Of a stretch of DNA of 60,448 nt, positions 37,497 to 46,552 are shown piece after piece; position 1 is the first letter of the stretch, and each line of letters starts with the position of its first letter. This stretch comes from an archaeon ADurb.Bin336 (lineage in GTDB: Archaea > Iainarchaeota > Iainarchaeia > Iainarchaeales > JAAZKV01), in assembly GCA_002068885.1 (NCBI GenBank), contig MWBC01000001.1, positions 1 to 60,448 on the forward strand. The letters are read 5' to 3'. The translations under genes were made by a program, and so were the position numbers. The notes beneath the pieces are model-generated. The model was not told where the DNA came from, made no database searches, and saw nothing but the letters and a program-made list of their open reading frames with translations.

Positions 37497-38534
37497 ATGG
37501 CTGGAATAGTTGGATGGGGGAGTTATATCCCAAAGTATAGAATAACTGTTGAAGAGATTGCAAAAGCACAAGAAGGGGACGCGGATGCTATAAAAAATGG
37601 TTTAGGTTTAATGGAAAAATCTGTTCCAGGAAGAGATGAGGATTCAGCAACAATAGCAGTTGCAGCAGCAAGAGATGCCCTAAAGCGAGCAGGGATTAAT
37701 AAAAAAGAAATTGGAGCAATTTATATTGGAAGTGAATCACACCCTTACGCAGTAAAACCAACTTCTTCAATAGTTGGAGAAGCACTTGATATTGGGGATA
37801 ATTACACTGCGGTTGATACTCAATTCGCCTGCAAAGCAGGGAGTGCAACTATTCAAATAAACGCTGGGTTAGTTGACTCAAAAATGATTAAGTATGGTTT
37901 AAGCATTGGGGCAGACACTAGCCAAGCAGAACCTGGAAACGCTTTAGAGTATAGTGCAGCAGCAGGAGGAGCAGCATTTATTATTGGGGGGAATAGCGAA
38001 GCAGTTGCTACGATTGACGCAACAGTTTCATTCACTACAGACACCCCTGATTTTTGGAGAAGAGCACTCCAACCCTACCCCGCACACGCAGGGAGATTCA
38101 CGGGAGAACCCGCTTACTTTAAACACGTGGTGGGTGCAACTAAAAGAATACTTGAAAAAACAGGATTACAAATGAGTGATTTTAAATTTGTGGTGTTCCA
38201 CATGCCTAATGGTAAATTTCCTTTAAGAGTAGCAAAAATATTTGGGGTGACAAAAGAACAATTAGCCCCAGGGTTAGTTGTAACAAAAATAGGGAACACT
38301 TATTCAGGTTCCTCAATTTTAGGACTTGCTAGTGTGCTTGATGTTGCAAAACCAGGGGACAAAATTTTAGTAACTTCATATGGTTCAGGTTCAGGAAGTG
38401 ATTCATTTGTTTTAACCGCAACAGAAAAAATTCTTGAAGCACAAGATAAAGCAAAAAAAGTAAATGACTATATTAAAAGAAAAGAATACTTGACTTACTC
38501 ACAGTATTCAAAAAACATGGAGCAAATACACTAA
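37497..38534 (+). CDS. HMG-CoA synthase (archaeal type)
   Basis: MAGIVGWGSYIPKYRI, FACKAGSATIQ (active Cys), VFHMPNGKF, NTYSGS. Start moved to ATG 37497. Confidence 0.9.
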   Translation: MAGIVGWGSYIPKYRITVEEIAKAQEGDADAIKNGLGLMEKSVPGRDEDSATIAVAAARDALKRAGINKKEIGAIYIGSESHPYAVKPTSSIVGEALDIGDNYTAVDTQFACKAGSATIQINAGLVDSKMIKYGLSIGADTSQAEPGNALEYSAAAGGAAFIIGGNSEAVATIDATVSFTTDTPDFWRRALQPYPAHAGRFTGEPAYFKHVVGATKRILEKTGLQMSDFKFVVFHMPNGKFPLRVAKIFGVTKEQLAPGLVVTKIGNTYSGSSILGLASVLDVAKPGDKILVTSYGSGSGSDSFVLTATEKILEAQDKAKKVNDYIKRKEYLTYSQYSKNMEQIH

Positions 38535-38565
38535 AAATTATTTTTGTTTAAAAAAAGGAATTTTT

Positions 38566-39414
38566 ATGAGTAAAATAAAATTAAGTTCAAGAGTTGCATT
38601 ACCAGAGTCAGTTAAACAAACACAAAAAGCTTACGGAAAAGCAAGAAAAAATTTGTTGCTAAAAGCATATACTAAACCACTTAAAGGAAGAGTTGCTAGT
38701 TTGAAAAAAGATTTTAAAATAAGCAAAGCGTTTGGAGTATTAACAACATTCCTTGGACTACGAATAGCTTCTGATTACAAGAAAATGAAGAGTAGTGGGA
38801 TAAAAGGAGTTGATATTGGGTTAAGAGCAAGAGTGGATGCTATTGGAAACATATTATCTGTTGAAGTAGCAAGAAACCCTGCATTAAGAGATGCTCTAAA
38901 AACAATTGCAAAAAAATACCCTTACCTTTCAGTTAACAACAAAGGAGAAATATATGTATCCTCTTACAGTGGATCGATATTTGATAGTAATTCACTCCCT
39001 GGATTAGTTTTTAATGAAGAAAATTTTATTCCTTCAAAGAGGGTAATATTTGATGCTAAAAAAACTAGAGGATACAGATTAGATTTAAACAAAATTATTG
39101 CAATGGGTTCTCCAAAATACGTTAATGCAACTCTTTCCACTAAACCAAGTGGGGCAAGAAGAACCCCTTCCTCAAACATCACTATAGCAGGGTATGGGGA
39201 TAATGAAATAAGATTATTTACTCCAGCAACGAGAGGAGGAATGGTTAATGAAAGAATAATTTCTTCAGAAGAAGTGAGAAGAAAAAGTATGATTGATTCC
39301 AGAACAAGAGGAAATAAATTAATTAAATTGCTTTTAAATGATGGAGAATTGATTAGAATAGAATTAGAAGCAAAAAAAGCAGAGAGTTTATTTAAAGGAT
39401 TTAAATTAAATTAA
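38566..39414 (+). CDS. Hypothetical basic protein (282 aa) inserted between HMGS and thiolase
   Basis: ORF with AAGGAAT upstream. No family recognised. Confidence 0.5.
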   Translation: MSKIKLSSRVALPESVKQTQKAYGKARKNLLLKAYTKPLKGRVASLKKDFKISKAFGVLTTFLGLRIASDYKKMKSSGIKGVDIGLRARVDAIGNILSVEVARNPALRDALKTIAKKYPYLSVNNKGEIYVSSYSGSIFDSNSLPGLVFNEENFIPSKRVIFDAKKTRGYRLDLNKIIAMGSPKYVNATLSTKPSGARRTPSSNITIAGYGDNEIRLFTPATRGGMVNERIISSEEVRRKSMIDSRTRGNKLIKLLLNDGELIRIELEAKKAESLFKGFKLN

Positions 39415-39440
39415 ATTAATAAAAGGAAGAGTGAAAGTGT

Positions 39441-40595
39441 ATGAAAATAGGTGTGTTAGGAATAGGGATTACTAAATTTGGGGAAAGGTGGGATCAAGGT
39501 TTACGCGACCTCTTACTTGACGCACAACTACGTGCACTAAACGATTCAAAAATTGATTCAAAACAAATTGACGCAATTTACACTGGAAACATGATTGGAG
39601 GAATTGCTAGTGGACAACTACAAATAGGTTCAATGGCCACAGAAAACCTAAACCTACACATTCCTTCAATAAGAGTAGAAGGAGCTTGTGCAAGTGGTTC
39701 AATTGCACTAAGAGAAGGAATAAATGCAATAGAGAGTGGACAAGCAGAAATAGTAATGGTTAATGGAGTAGAAAAAATGACTGATGTATCCACTGAACAA
39801 ATTACTACCGCACTAATGGGGGCAGGGGATGAAGAAATAGAAGGATTCGCTGGCTTAACTTTCCCTGGATTATACGCACTACTCGCAAAAGCATATATAC
39901 ATGAGTATGATTTATCTAGAGAAACCCTAGCAGAAGTATCAGTAAAAAATCACTTCCACGGAGCAAGAAATTCTTACGCACAATTTCAAAGTGAAATAAC
40001 AATAGATACAGTAATAAACTCTACAATGGTGGCAAATCCACTAACTCTATTTGATTGCTCTCCAATCACTGATGGAGCAGCTTCAATAATAATTGCAAAC
40101 GAAAAAATTGCAAAAAAAATGAATAGCGAAGTGTACATTACTGCAAGTGCACTTGCAACAGACACCCTCTCATTAGCAAAAAGAGAATCACTCCTAGAAC
40201 TAAAAGCAGGAAGAATAGCAGCTGAAAATGCTTACAAGCAAGCCGGAATTACTTCAAAAGAAATTAATTTTGCAGAAGTGCATGATTGCTTCTCCATAGC
40301 AGAAATATATGCGGTAGAAGCACTAGGGTTAGCTAAGAGAGGAGAAGCAGGGAAACTATATGACTCAAAACAAACCTACTTTGATGGGGATAAACCAATT
40401 AACACTTCAGGTGGATTAAAAGCATGCGGCCACCCCGTAGCAGCAACAGGAATAAAACAAGCAGTAGAAGCAGTAACTCAACTAAGGGGAGAAGGGGGAA
40501 AAAGACAAGTACCAAATGCCCTAACAGGAGTGACTTATAATGTTGGTGGAAGCGGAGCAACTGCCTGCGTACACGTGTTTAAAAAGATGAAGTAA
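39441..40595 (+). CDS. Acetyl-CoA C-acetyltransferase (archaeal thiolase)
   Basis: VEGACASGS (active Cys), CGHPVAATG, NVGGSGATA. Confidence 0.9.
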   Translation: MKIGVLGIGITKFGERWDQGLRDLLLDAQLRALNDSKIDSKQIDAIYTGNMIGGIASGQLQIGSMATENLNLHIPSIRVEGACASGSIALREGINAIESGQAEIVMVNGVEKMTDVSTEQITTALMGAGDEEIEGFAGLTFPGLYALLAKAYIHEYDLSRETLAEVSVKNHFHGARNSYAQFQSEITIDTVINSTMVANPLTLFDCSPITDGAASIIIANEKIAKKMNSEVYITASALATDTLSLAKRESLLELKAGRIAAENAYKQAGITSKEINFAEVHDCFSIAEIYAVEALGLAKRGEAGKLYDSKQTYFDGDKPINTSGGLKACGHPVAATGIKQAVEAVTQLRGEGGKRQVPNALTGVTYNVGGSGATACVHVFKKMK

Positions 40596-40627
40596 ACATA
40601 ATATTGATTTAGAGGAAGGAGATTTTT

Positions 40628-40834
40628 TTGGGGAAGAGAGTAAAACCAAAAGTTAAACAAACTCGCACAGAGAGCTTTAAAGCAGCTTTAGGAGCAAGAA
40701 GTTTAATTAAAAAAGGAGCAGTTCCTCCAGAAAAACTAGCTGCGTTCACAAAATTTTTGCGAACAGAAAAAGGAAAAGAATGGGCTAGAATAAATATGAC
40801 TCCTTCAAAAATAAAAAAAGGGGCAAAGCATTAA
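40628..40834 (+). CDS. Small basic hypothetical protein (68 aa, TTG start)
   Basis: GGAAGGAG SD lies about 7 nt upstream of TTG 40628. Confidence 0.4.
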   Translation: MGKRVKPKVKQTRTESFKAALGARSLIKKGAVPPEKLAAFTKFLRTEKGKEWARINMTPSKIKKGAKH

Positions 40835-40856
40835 TGTTTAGAGGGTGTGATGAAAT

Positions 40857-41054
40857 ATGTCAGGAATAATAGAAAAAATAAAAGGCATTTTCGGAAAAAA
40901 GGAAGAAAAAGAAGAAGCAACAACAAGATTAGAATCAAAAAGATTAGTTGAACAAGTAGGAGACCAAGAATTTGTTCCAAGATACAAACTCGCAAAAAAA
41001 CTTAGGGAAGACAAAGAAATGGACACTCCAATAGTAAAAAGAAAAAAATATTAA
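40857..41054 (+). CDS. Small charged hypothetical protein (65 aa)
   Basis: GAGGGTGTGATG SD-like sequence upstream of the ATG. Confidence 0.4.
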   Translation: MSGIIEKIKGIFGKKEEKEEATTRLESKRLVEQVGDQEFVPRYKLAKKLREDKEMDTPIVKRKKY

Positions 41055-41091
41055 ATTAATTAAACTTGAGTGTATTTAAAGAGGGGAAAAA

Positions 41092-41490
41092 ATGTATAGA
41101 AAAAGTCCAATACTAAGATGGAGAAATTACACTGACCGGTACAAACTACACGGATACAAATGCACAAAATGCGGAGCAACATACTTAGCAAAAAAAGGGG
41201 TTTGTAATTGCGGAAACCTTGATTACGCAGAAATGACATTCTCCGGAAAAGGAAAAATAGTTTCCTTCACACAAATACACTCAGGCCCAGAGAGCTTCGA
41301 ACACATGGGTTCGTATTGTGTAGGAATAATTGATTTAGAGGAAGGGGCGAGAGTAACAGGACAAATAGTTGATTGTGCTTACAAAGAACTAAAAATAGGT
41401 TCAGAGGTAGAAGCAGTTTTTAGAAAATTTTACAAGAGTGGAGAAAAAGGAATAATCCACTATGGAACAAAATTCATTTTAAAATTCTAA
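41092..41490 (+). CDS. DUF35 OB-fold/zinc-ribbon protein (thiolase-HMGS complex scaffold)
   Basis: Zn ribbon CTKCGA..CNCG followed by an OB fold: GKGKIVSFTQIH..VGIIDLEEGARVTGQIVD..IGSEVEAVFRK. Confidence 0.85.
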   Translation: MYRKSPILRWRNYTDRYKLHGYKCTKCGATYLAKKGVCNCGNLDYAEMTFSGKGKIVSFTQIHSGPESFEHMGSYCVGIIDLEEGARVTGQIVDCAYKELKIGSEVEAVFRKFYKSGEKGIIHYGTKFILKF

Positions 41491-41524
41491 CAAACCCAAA
41501 TTATTTTTAACAACTTTCTATTAC

Positions 41525-41808
41525 ATTTTTTTAGAAGAAAGTTTAATTGAATTAAAAATTGAATTGGATTTGAATTAATTAAATAAAGTTTAATTGAATG
41601 AAAATTTGATTAGATTGAATGAAATTTAATTTAGTGGGGAATTGAATTAATTAATGAAAAGTTTGATTGAATTAAATGGAAATTAAATTAATGAAAGTTG
41701 AATTAAATATAGAAAGTTTAATTGAATTAGAAGTTGAATTGAATTAAATGAAAAGTTTAATTAGTGGAAAATTAAATTAATTTTTTGATGAAGGTGAAAT
41801 AAAAATGG
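41525..41808 (+). repeat. C-free 284-nt tract of degenerate about 20-nt tandem repeats (GTTTAATTGAATTAAATGAAAA-like)
   Basis: Hand check found no C between 41525 and 41808, and about 12 degenerate units. Confidence 0.7.
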
Positions 41809-42746
41809 CTACAACAGGAAAAGGATATGCAAAAGTAATTATTTTTGGAGAACACTTTGTGGTGTATGGTTTACCCGGAATAGCCGCAGGATTAGACAAA
41901 TTTGTGACAGTTGATGCACAAAAAGTAAAAGATTCTAATGATATAGTAGTTGATGATAAAGTGTTCAACGAAAAAATTTCTAGAGAAAAAAATCCCGAAC
42001 ACATTAAATTCAAATTATTTGATGCAATGTTTAAAGATGAAGAATTCTTACCCAAAAAAGGAATAAAATTTACTATAAACTCAAACTTTCCTGCAGGAGG
42101 AGGAATGGGTTACTCAGCAGCGCTATGTGTTGCAATGGTAAGAGCGATGAATAGTTTATTTGACCAAGATTGGAAAGAAGAAAAAATAAATGAATTAGCT
42201 TATTTAGGAGAATGTGTTGCGCATGGGAACCCAAGTGGAATAGATAATACTTGCTCAACTTATGGGACAACTATTTGGTTTGAAAAAAATATGGAAGGAG
42301 GCAAGAACACAATACGCCCAATAAAATGTGGGAAAAGCCTTTACTTTGTTTTAGCAAACACAGGAATAAAACACAACACAAAAGAAGCTGTTGAAGATGT
42401 AAAAAAATTCAAAGAAAAAAACCCAAAAGAGTTTGATGTAATTTGTTCTGATTACAAATCAATTGTTTCCCACGCAAAAAAAGAAGTTAAATTTGGGGGA
42501 ATGTTTGAAATAGGAAAACTAATGAACCAAAATCAAGCACTCTTAAAACAAATAGGGGTTTCGTGTGAACAAATAGATCAAATAGTAAAAATAGCAATTT
42601 ATGAAGGAGCGCTAGGAGCAAAACTAACAGGAGCAGGAAGAGGGGGAAATGTTTTGATTTTATGCGAGAACGAAAAATTCCAAGACAAAGTTATTAACTC
42701 CTTAGCAGGAAAAGGATTTGAAGCAATAAAAGTAAAAGTTAGTTAA
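41805..42746 (+). CDS. mvk: Mevalonate kinase (GHMP family)
   Basis: AKVIIFGEHFVVYG, PAGGGMGYSAALCVA, KLTGAGRGGNVLIL. Confidence 0.9.
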   Translation: MATTGKGYAKVIIFGEHFVVYGLPGIAAGLDKFVTVDAQKVKDSNDIVVDDKVFNEKISREKNPEHIKFKLFDAMFKDEEFLPKKGIKFTINSNFPAGGGMGYSAALCVAMVRAMNSLFDQDWKEEKINELAYLGECVAHGNPSGIDNTCSTYGTTIWFEKNMEGGKNTIRPIKCGKSLYFVLANTGIKHNTKEAVEDVKKFKEKNPKEFDVICSDYKSIVSHAKKEVKFGGMFEIGKLMNQNQALLKQIGVSCEQIDQIVKIAIYEGALGAKLTGAGRGGNVLILCENEKFQDKVINSLAGKGFEAIKVKVS

Positions 42747-42954
42747 CAAAATAATAATTTGAAAATCAATTAAAAAAATTGAATGGGAATTAAAAAATTT
42801 ATTAAAAAAAAATTAAGTGTAAATTTAATTGTTTAAAAAAATTAAAAATGAATTAGGAGTTAGTTTAAGCAAATAAAAATATTCTAAAAATAAAATTAAT
42901 ACAAAAATAGTGGTCGGGTTTTAAATTAAAATCTATTTTGAAAAAGTTTTGATT

Positions 42955-43512
42955 ATGAGAATAATTGTAGCAGTAACTGGAGCGAGTGGAATAAACTACG
43001 CGCTTGCATTATTAGAAGAATTAAAACACCAAAAAATAGAAGTGCATTTAATAATAAGCGAATGGGCTAGTGTGGTTCTAAAAAAAGAAACAAACAAAAA
43101 AATAAATGATTTGAAAAAACTTGCTCACAAAACTTATTCAAACACAAATTTAGCAGCAAGTATCTCTTCAAGTTCTTTTCTGGTTGATGGAATGATAATA
43201 ATTCCCTCTTCAATAAAAACAATTTCAGAAATAGTGCACGCACACACAAATACACTAATTACAAGATGTGCGGATAATATGCTTAAAATAAAAAAACCTT
43301 TAGTGATTGGGTTAAGAGAAACTCCTCTTAGTGGGCCAACTCTAGAAAATTTGTGGGAATTATCTTTGTATGGTGCAATAATATTTCCACTCTCCCCAGC
43401 ATTTTATCACAACCCAAAAAAAATAAGTGATTTAGAAGCGTTCATTACAGGCAAAGCATTAGATTTATTAGGAATTAAGAATAATACATTTAATAGGTGG
43501 GAAACTAAATAA
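42955..43512 (+). CDS. ubiX: Flavin prenyltransferase UbiX
   Basis: MRIIVAVTGASGINYALALLEEL, IIPSSIKTISEIV, GLRETPLS. Start set at ATG 42955. Confidence 0.88.
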   Translation: MRIIVAVTGASGINYALALLEELKHQKIEVHLIISEWASVVLKKETNKKINDLKKLAHKTYSNTNLAASISSSSFLVDGMIIIPSSIKTISEIVHAHTNTLITRCADNMLKIKKPLVIGLRETPLSGPTLENLWELSLYGAIIFPLSPAFYHNPKKISDLEAFITGKALDLLGIKNNTFNRWETK

Positions 43513-43544
43513 ATTTAGGGAGATTAAAATTAAGGAGATTGAAT

Positions 43545-44819
43545 ATGAGTTTTAGAGAGTTTGTTGCACAAACAGATTACACAATAACTAAACCAGTTTC
43601 AAAAATACTAGAAGCAAGTGGAATAATTTACTCTGTGGGTGAAAAGAGTGTAATGTTTGAGAATATTAAAGAAAATGAGAATAGAGTTGCAGCAAACGTA
43701 TTTGCTTCAAAATCAAAAGTTGCAAAATACTTGAATTGCGAACCAAAAGAATTAGTTCCAAAAATGATTAATGCACTAAATAATCCAACTAAACCAAAAA
43801 TAGTTAATACTACTGACCACAAAGAAATAGAACTTGATTTAGAAAAATTACCAATCCTTACACACACCAAAGAAGATGGTGGGCCGTACATTTCAAGCGG
43901 TATAATAATAGTGAAGGATAAGGATATAGGTCAAAACGTGTGCTACCACAGAGGAATGATTATAGGAAAAAATAAAATTGCATTAAGAATATTAGAAAGA
44001 AATACAATGGAGTTATTGAAAAAAAATAATGGTGAAATGAAAGCATCTTATTGTATTGGAATAGGGGCAGAAACTGCACTTGCTGCAGCAATGGCTCCCC
44101 CACTAGGAGTAAACGAACTAGAAATTGCTAACTCCCTCAAACCAATTAATGTAATAAAAGCAAAAACGTTTGATGCAATATTACCTTCTGACGCAGAAAT
44201 AATAATGGAAGGGACAATAAGCTTAAACGAGAGACACAAAGAAGGCCCCTTTGTGGATTTGACAGGAACTAGTGATATAATTAGAGAAGAGCCAGTGTTT
44301 AATGTAGAAAAAATTTATGCAAGGCCTAACTACATTTACCACGCACTCTTACCCGGAGGATTTGAACACAAAATTCTAATGGGGATGCCAAGAGAACCAA
44401 CAGTATTTAATGAAGTAAAAAAAGCAGGGGTGGATGTTTTAGATGTTAGTGTGAATATAGGAGGAAGTTCTTGGTTTCACGTGATAATACAAATTAATAA
44501 AAAAAGTGAAGAGGATGGAAAAAAAGCAATTGAAGCTGGGTTGAAAGGACATTCTAGCGGAAAACACTTTTTTGTTGTTGACAAAGATATAAACATTTAT
44601 GACCCCTTTGAAGTTGAGTGGGCAATGGCTACGAGGTTTCAAGCAAACAAAGATTTTTACATATTTAATAATCAAAAAGGATCTTCACTTGATCCAAGTG
44701 CAAATCAAGTTACTCGCGAAACAACAAAAGCAGGTTTTGATTTAACAATGAAACTTGATTTGAAAGAAAAAATGATTAGAACAAAATTCCCTGATTTTAA
44801 TATAAAAAATTATTTATAA
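43545..44819 (+). CDS. UbiD-family decarboxylase, probable anhydromevalonate-phosphate decarboxylase
   Basis: UbiD-like length and motifs (DGGPYISSGIIIVKD, NVCYHRGMI, VDLTG, VVDKDINIYDPFEVEWAMATR). Genomic context is UbiX plus AcnX. AAGGAG SD precedes ATG 43545. Confidence 0.8.
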   Translation: MSFREFVAQTDYTITKPVSKILEASGIIYSVGEKSVMFENIKENENRVAANVFASKSKVAKYLNCEPKELVPKMINALNNPTKPKIVNTTDHKEIELDLEKLPILTHTKEDGGPYISSGIIIVKDKDIGQNVCYHRGMIIGKNKIALRILERNTMELLKKNNGEMKASYCIGIGAETALAAAMAPPLGVNELEIANSLKPINVIKAKTFDAILPSDAEIIMEGTISLNERHKEGPFVDLTGTSDIIREEPVFNVEKIYARPNYIYHALLPGGFEHKILMGMPREPTVFNEVKKAGVDVLDVSVNIGGSSWFHVIIQINKKSEEDGKKAIEAGLKGHSSGKHFFVVDKDINIYDPFEVEWAMATRFQANKDFYIFNNQKGSSLDPSANQVTRETTKAGFDLTMKLDLKEKMIRTKFPDFNIKNYL

Positions 44820-44838
44820 AAAAAATTGGTGTAGTGAA

Positions 44839-46014
44839 ATGCAACTAACAAAAAAAGAAAAAGAAATGCTAGAAGGAAAAGAAGGAAATGCTATAAAAAA
44901 ATCAATGGAAATACTTGTTGCATTAGGGGAAATTTATGGTGCAAAAAAATTAATTGATGTAACAAGTGTACAAATAGCAGGAGTGAGTTATGACAACTTG
45001 GGAGAGGCAGGGCTAGAATTTTTAGAACAAATGAGTAAAGATGGAAAAACAAGAGTACTCACCACACTAAACCCAGCAGGAATGGATCTTGAAAATTACA
45101 AAAATTTAGGGATAAGCGAAGAGTTTGCAGTAAAACAAAAACTAGTAATAGGAGCATTTGCAAAAATGGGGGTACTAACCACTTGCACGTGTACTCCTTA
45201 TCTAATTGGAAACAATCCACATTATGGTCAACACATTGCTTGGAGTGAATCAAGTGCGGTAGCCTACGCAAATTCAGTACTTGGTGCAAAAACAAATAGA
45301 GAAGGGGGGCCGAGTGCACTTGCGAGTGCACTAACAGGAAAAACTCCTGAATATGGAATGCATTTAGATGAAAACAGAAATGCGCAAATAAAAGTAATTG
45401 TTAAAACAGAAATAAAAGGAACTCATTTATTTGGAGCTTTAGGAAAAGTAATTGGGGAAAAAGTAAAATCAAAACCTACTTACATTACTGGGATAAAAGA
45501 AGCAACTGTGGAAGAATTAAAAGCATTCTCTGCAAGCATCGCAACTTATGGAGGGGCAGCAATATTTCACATGGAAGGAATAACTCCAAACAAAACACCA
45601 ATTCCAACTAAAGAAATAACAATTATAAAAGCAGAGATTGACAAAGCAGTAAAGAGCTTGAATATGGATTCAGAAATAGATTTTATTAGTGTAGGGTGTC
45701 CACACGCAAGCATAAATGAAATCGCAAAAATAGCAGAGCTTTTGAAAGGAAAAAAAGTTACTAAAGAATTTTGGATAACTACTGCTAGGCCTACAATGAA
45801 AATTGCTCAAGCAAACGGGTACGCAAAAATAATTACTGATGCAGGGGCAAAGTTTGCAGCAGATACTTGTTGTGTAGTGGCTCCAATAAAAGGAAGATTC
45901 AAATGCCTTGCAACAGATTCAGCAAAAGGGTGTTACTATGCTTACTCCAAAAATCAATCAAAGACAAAAATATTGCCTATAGACAAATTGGTTGAAGAAG
46001 CAACTAAAAAATAA
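44839..46014 (+). CDS. Aconitase X large subunit (DUF521), probable phosphomevalonate dehydratase large subunit
   Basis: LTKKEKEMLEGKEGNAIKKSMEILVALGEIYGA..LIDVTSVQIAG, CTCTPY, GCPHAS. Confidence 0.85.
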   Translation: MQLTKKEKEMLEGKEGNAIKKSMEILVALGEIYGAKKLIDVTSVQIAGVSYDNLGEAGLEFLEQMSKDGKTRVLTTLNPAGMDLENYKNLGISEEFAVKQKLVIGAFAKMGVLTTCTCTPYLIGNNPHYGQHIAWSESSAVAYANSVLGAKTNREGGPSALASALTGKTPEYGMHLDENRNAQIKVIVKTEIKGTHLFGALGKVIGEKVKSKPTYITGIKEATVEELKAFSASIATYGGAAIFHMEGITPNKTPIPTKEITIIKAEIDKAVKSLNMDSEIDFISVGCPHASINEIAKIAELLKGKKVTKEFWITTARPTMKIAQANGYAKIITDAGAKFAADTCCVVAPIKGRFKCLATDSAKGCYYAYSKNQSKTKILPIDKLVEEATKK

Positions 46015-46064
46015 TTTTTAATAAAGGTTAGAAAAATTAAATTTATTTTATTAAAGGAAATGAG

Positions 46065-46469
46065 ATGATGAATAAATCAAAAATTTTTGTAGGAAGAAAA
46101 ATTTCTGCAGGTGTTGTGCAAGGAGAAGCACTTGTGACAAAACAAGGAATAAGTTTTTTTGGAGGGGTAGACCCCTCAAGTGGAATTGTTACTGAAAAAG
46201 GACACGAACTTGAAGGAAAAAGTATATCTAGAAAAATATTGGTTTTCCCTCAAGGAAAAGGTTCAACAGTAGGAAGTTATGCTTTATATAGAATGAAAAA
46301 ACAAGGGACTGCTCCACTAGCAATGATTAATGCGGAATGCGAAACCATTGTAGCAGTAGGGGCGATAATTTCAGAAATTCCTTGTGTGGATAAAATAGAT
46401 ATTACTCAAATTAAAAACGGACAAAAAATAAAAGTTAATGCATCAGCTGGGAAAGTTATTATTGAATAA
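46065..46469 (+). CDS. Aconitase X swivel subunit (DUF126), probable phosphomevalonate dehydratase small subunit
   Basis: GEALVTKQGISFFGGVDPSSGIV, ILVFPQGKGSTVGSYALYRM. Confidence 0.85.
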   Translation: MMNKSKIFVGRKISAGVVQGEALVTKQGISFFGGVDPSSGIVTEKGHELEGKSISRKILVFPQGKGSTVGSYALYRMKKQGTAPLAMINAECETIVAVGAIISEIPCVDKIDITQIKNGQKIKVNASAGKVIIE

Positions 46470-46503
46470 ATTACTTTTTGTGCATTAATAAAGTTCAATT
46501 TTG

Positions 46504-46518
46504 TGCATTAGTAATGCA
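46504..46518. promoter_or_regulatory. Perfect palindrome TGCATTA-G-TAATGCA, with direct repeat TTTTGTGCATTA at 46477 and 46499
   Basis: Read directly. It sits 35 nt upstream of the ATPase ATG (46553). The operator role is inferred. Confidence 0.35.
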
Positions 46519-46552
46519 TATATTTATATAAGGTTTTTAGTTAATATTTGGT

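Noticed and set aside
41525-41808. Possible CRISPR array (also considered for 26790-27010 and 57430-57779)
   Set aside because: The repeats are degenerate and directly abutting, and the sequence is low-complexity AT-rich. There are no unique spacers of constant length and no cas genes in the window.
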